Below, one piece after another: positions 26,352 through 29,043 of a DNA stretch of 29,043 nucleotides. The translations under genes and the position numbers were made by a program. Location: positions 1 through 29,043 of the IMG/VR virus record IMGVR_UViG_3300009175_000062; one strand, written 5' to 3'. Source of the DNA: a virus (lineage: Duplodnaviria; Caudoviricetes). Numbering within the stretch: the stretch's first letter is position 1; each line of letters opens with the position of its first letter. The notes beneath the pieces were generated by a model that made no database searches, was not told the DNA's origin, and was given only the letters and a program-made list of their open reading frames with translations.

Positions 26352-26412
26352 AATTGTGTTTTTTATTGTACGAAGATATTGAAATTAAGTTCTATTCTTA
26401 GCATGTATCCTT

Positions 26413-26447
26413 GTCCTTTAATCAGTATTGCCTCCGTTGTATCATTG
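26413..26447 (+). promoter_or_regulatory. Late promoter copy 5 (GTCCTTTA-N19-TATCATTG)
   Basis: Shared motif; upstream of the tail operon, ATG 4 nt downstream. Confidence 0.78.
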
Positions 26448-26451
26448 CTTC

Positions 26452-26904
26452 ATGAATGGTAAATTCAATGATTCCGAACTTCTTTTTGTCGAAGAAACCT
26501 TGGATCAACATGGGGAATTCCTTTGTGATCTGCTTACCGAATCCATTGAGAAAAAACATTTGATCAAGAGTGAGGATCTTCTGAACTCTATCAATTACAA
26601 GGTCACGCATTACGGGATAGATCCAGTACTGGTAGTGGATTTCTTTACCTATGGCCGGTTCATAGAGTTGAACTACTTCAAAAGAAGCCAGAACGCAAAG
26701 AAATTGAGTGCCCCGGATACCAAGAGTATCATGTGGGGGATCCGCCAAAACCGTTCCCGGATCACAAAAAAAGACACCCGTTGGTATGCCAAAACCGCAT
26801 ATGGTTCCATCAACCGATTGATCGCCATTCTTTCCTATGAGTATACCGAGGATGAAAGAAACCGTCTAAAAACAATCTTACAACGCAGAGCAAATGAGTC
26901 TTAA
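26452..26904 (+). CDS. Hypothetical tail/neck morphogenesis protein
   Basis: S.DLLNSI.Y...YGRFIE pattern; overlaps the tape measure start. Confidence 0.5.
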   Translation: MNGKFNDSELLFVEETLDQHGEFLCDLLTESIEKKHLIKSEDLLNSINYKVTHYGIDPVLVVDFFTYGRFIELNYFKRSQNAKKLSAPDTKSIMWGIRQNRSRITKKDTRWYAKTAYGSINRLIAILSYEYTEDERNRLKTILQRRANES

Positions 26905-29043
26905 AATTGACAGATTACAGCTTGAGATCATTATTAATAATGATCAGAGCAGAAAACAACTCCGTGAGTTGAATGATGAGGCGCTGAAGCTCCAAAAGTC
27001 GATGAAGGGAATGGCCCAAGGATCTGATGAATATGTCACAGCTTCAAAGAGGCTGAGTTCAGTAAAGGATCAGATGGATGGCATTTACCATAAGATCGGA
27101 ATTACAGGACTTACCTTGAAGGAACTCACGGCCAAGCAAAAGGAGTTCAACATGGTGTTGAATAACCTGGATCCCAATGTTCCGCAGTACAAAGCCATGA
27201 AGGTAACCCTGGACGAGATCAATGCCAGGATCAAAGAAGTAAGGGGAACAGCTCAGAGCACAAAGGATTCCTTCGGTGCTGGAGGGATGCTCGGATCAAT
27301 CCTTGGAATCGCCGGAGGTTTTGGTCTTGAAAGTATGGTTGAAAAAGCGTTTGGGACAATAAAGAAGGTATTTATTGATGCCGCGAAGTCAACTGAGGAA
27401 ACAGGTAATAAACTTGAAAAGGCTTTTACTCAGGCAGATTGGGCTTACCAATCATTAATGAGAACATTTGCAGAGGGGGGTAGTGCCTGGTCATCGGTTC
27501 TTACGGATATGTCCAACGCAATCACAAAGGCCGGAGAATATAAGGATATCATTGATGAACTTGAAAAAAGGCAACGATCATTTGATATGCAGCAAGCTGA
27601 TCGTGACAATCAAATCTCCATTCTATCTAGAGTTGTAAAGGATAAATCGGAGGATGCTCTTACTCGGGCAAATGCGGGATTAGCGATATTAAAACTTGAA
27701 AATAAAGGATTATCAGAAAATGATAGACTGAAACGCAAGGCATTGGATGCTTCGGCATTAAAAGCATCTGTTGAGACTGGATTAAGTGCTGCTCAGGTTA
27801 TTCAATATGAACTCAATTATAACGCAAATACTAAATTAATAACAGCTGCTGAGGAATATAATAGATTGCTTGAGCGTAAAAAGCAATTGCAAAAAGCATC
27901 TTCTGATGTTTCTGGCGATTTAACAACGCTCAACCTAACCAAAGCAGAAGCGAATGAAACGCTGGAATCAATCAATAAGAAGATAGAGTCAACTGATATG
28001 GTAACAAGGGCATATGCTCAGACGGTAACTAAAATGGGACATGCCTCAAAGGAAACATTGAATGAAGTTTCTAAATCATATAGTGATATGGAACACTCTG
28101 CTGCAAATATGAGAGATGGTCACACACGTGCAATGGTTGCATTTGGTGCTGCAATGAATGAGATTAATTCCGATGGAAAGAAAAAGAAGGATGGAAGTGC
28201 CAATGATGCAAAAAAACAGGAAGATGAACGGCTTAGGTATCTTGAAAGGTACAAAGATTTCATGGCTGAAATCATCCTGATGGAGAATACCAATTTTGCC
28301 GAAAAACTTTCCCAGACACAGGCAGAGATCAAAGCTGTCAATGACAAGTATGATGCAGAGATTCGGAAAATTGATGAGTTTAAGGAAAAGAATGCAAAAA
28401 TTATGGCTCCTGGTGACAACGCCGTAATGGATTTTAATAAGGAAAATCTAAATATTGCTCGGGATGCACAGACCAAACAAGTTCTGGAACAGGCTGAACT
28501 TGATTTTTCGGAAAAAGTAAAGAATATTCATGAAGCCCTCAGGGTTGCCAGGTTAAGCATTACCGAGCGGGAGATCTATGACATTAATAAAAAGTATGAT
28601 GATTCTCAGAAGGAGATTCTTAATGCCATTCAATATCGCTATGACCAGGAGGTCAAGGCCGCAAATGGAGATGTGGTAAAACTTGCCGCTGCAGAAAAAA
28701 ATAAAGCAGATGAATTGGCTAAAATACAGGCTTCAGCCGATCAGTTGAGTAAGGATCGTAAGGCAGAAACTGATAAGGCCATTGCTGATGGAGAAGTGCG
28801 TTTTGAACAGGAACTCAATAATTTAAAATTGAAATCCGATCAGAATCTGGCAAAAGGGAAAGAGAAGATCCAGCTCGAGATCAATGCTAAGTATCAAAAA
28901 TTACTGGATGAAAATGTAAAGGATGAGGAAAAAACCAAAGAGATTAAGGCTCAAATGGAGGCTGAATATCAAAATAGGGTTTTGAAACTTAATGAGGAAA
29001 CGAATCAAAAATTAATTGAGAAATTAAAAGGTTTTGTCTCTGA
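26894..29043 (+). CDS. Tail tape measure protein (partial, runs off the window)
   Basis: MSLKIDRLQLEIIINNDQSRKQLRELN...; appears open for more than 700 codons, coiled-coil rich, with a Gly-rich hydrophobic patch; not in the ORF track, consistent with no stop inside the window. Confidence 0.8.
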   Translation, partial: MSLKIDRLQLEIIINNDQSRKQLRELNDEALKLQKSMKGMAQGSDEYVTASKRLSSVKDQMDGIYHKIGITGLTLKELTAKQKEFNMVLNNLDPNVPQYKAMKVTLDEINARIKEVRGTAQSTKDSFGAGGMLGSILGIAGGFGLESMVEKAFGTIKKVFIDAAKSTEETGNKLEKAFTQADWAYQSLMRTFAEGGSAWSSVLTDMSNAITKAGEYKDIIDELEKRQRSFDMQQADRDNQISILSRVVKDKSEDALTRANAGLAILKLENKGLSENDRLKRKALDASALKASVETGLSAAQVIQYELNYNANTKLITAAEEYNRLLERKKQLQKASSDVSGDLTTLNLTKAEANETLESINKKIESTDMVTRAYAQTVTKMGHASKETLNEVSKSYSDMEHSAANMRDGHTRAMVAFGAAMNEINSDGKKKKDGSANDAKKQEDERLRYLERYKDFMAEIILMENTNFAEKLSQTQAEIKAVNDKYDAEIRKIDEFKEKNAKIMAPGDNAVMDFNKENLNIARDAQTKQVLEQAELDFSEKVKNIHEALRVARLSITEREIYDINKKYDDSQKEILNAIQYRYDQEVKAANGDVVKLAAAEKNKADELAKIQASADQLSKDRKAETDKAIADGEVRFEQELNNLKLKSDQNLAKGKEKIQLEINAKYQKLLDENVKDEEKTKEIKAQMEAEYQNRVLKLNEETNQKLIEKLKGFVS

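Noticed and set aside
527-28476. Many short antisense or alternate-frame ORFs in the track (e.g. 577-975, 6748-7131, 8186-8740, 16424-16981, 28120-28476)
   Set aside because: Shadows of long, motif-bearing plus-strand genes with no independent signals

Overview
A 29-kb segment of a tailed dsDNA (pro)phage, probably of a Bacteroidota host: it has TAnnTTTG -7 promoter elements and AT-rich translation starts without Shine-Dalgarno sites. From left to right it carries: a C5 DNA methyltransferase; a diversity-generating retroelement (DGR) with two small tandem non-tail target genes, a template repeat, a reverse transcriptase and a small non-Avd gene overlapping the RT stop; a late operon (S49 protease, major capsid, probable tail tube, a gene pair joined by a -1 slippery site, a PLD-like protein, TerS, TerL); a 3.2-kb island between terL and portal made of single-gene cassettes, each with a long fold-back leader and its own terminator; portal and head-tail genes; a lysis cassette; a moron region; and the start of the tape measure gene. 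The most notable observations are (1) the two-target DGR lacking Avd, (2) the fold-back cassette leaders, whose consensus promoter would face the gene only in a single-stranded or cruciform fold, (3) a five-copy late promoter GTCCTTTA-N18/19-TAnnWTTG, (4) the frameshift site, and (5) a late-expressed peptide resembling the transmembrane helix of the convergent moron protein. All alignments and folds were done by eye and no databases were searched.
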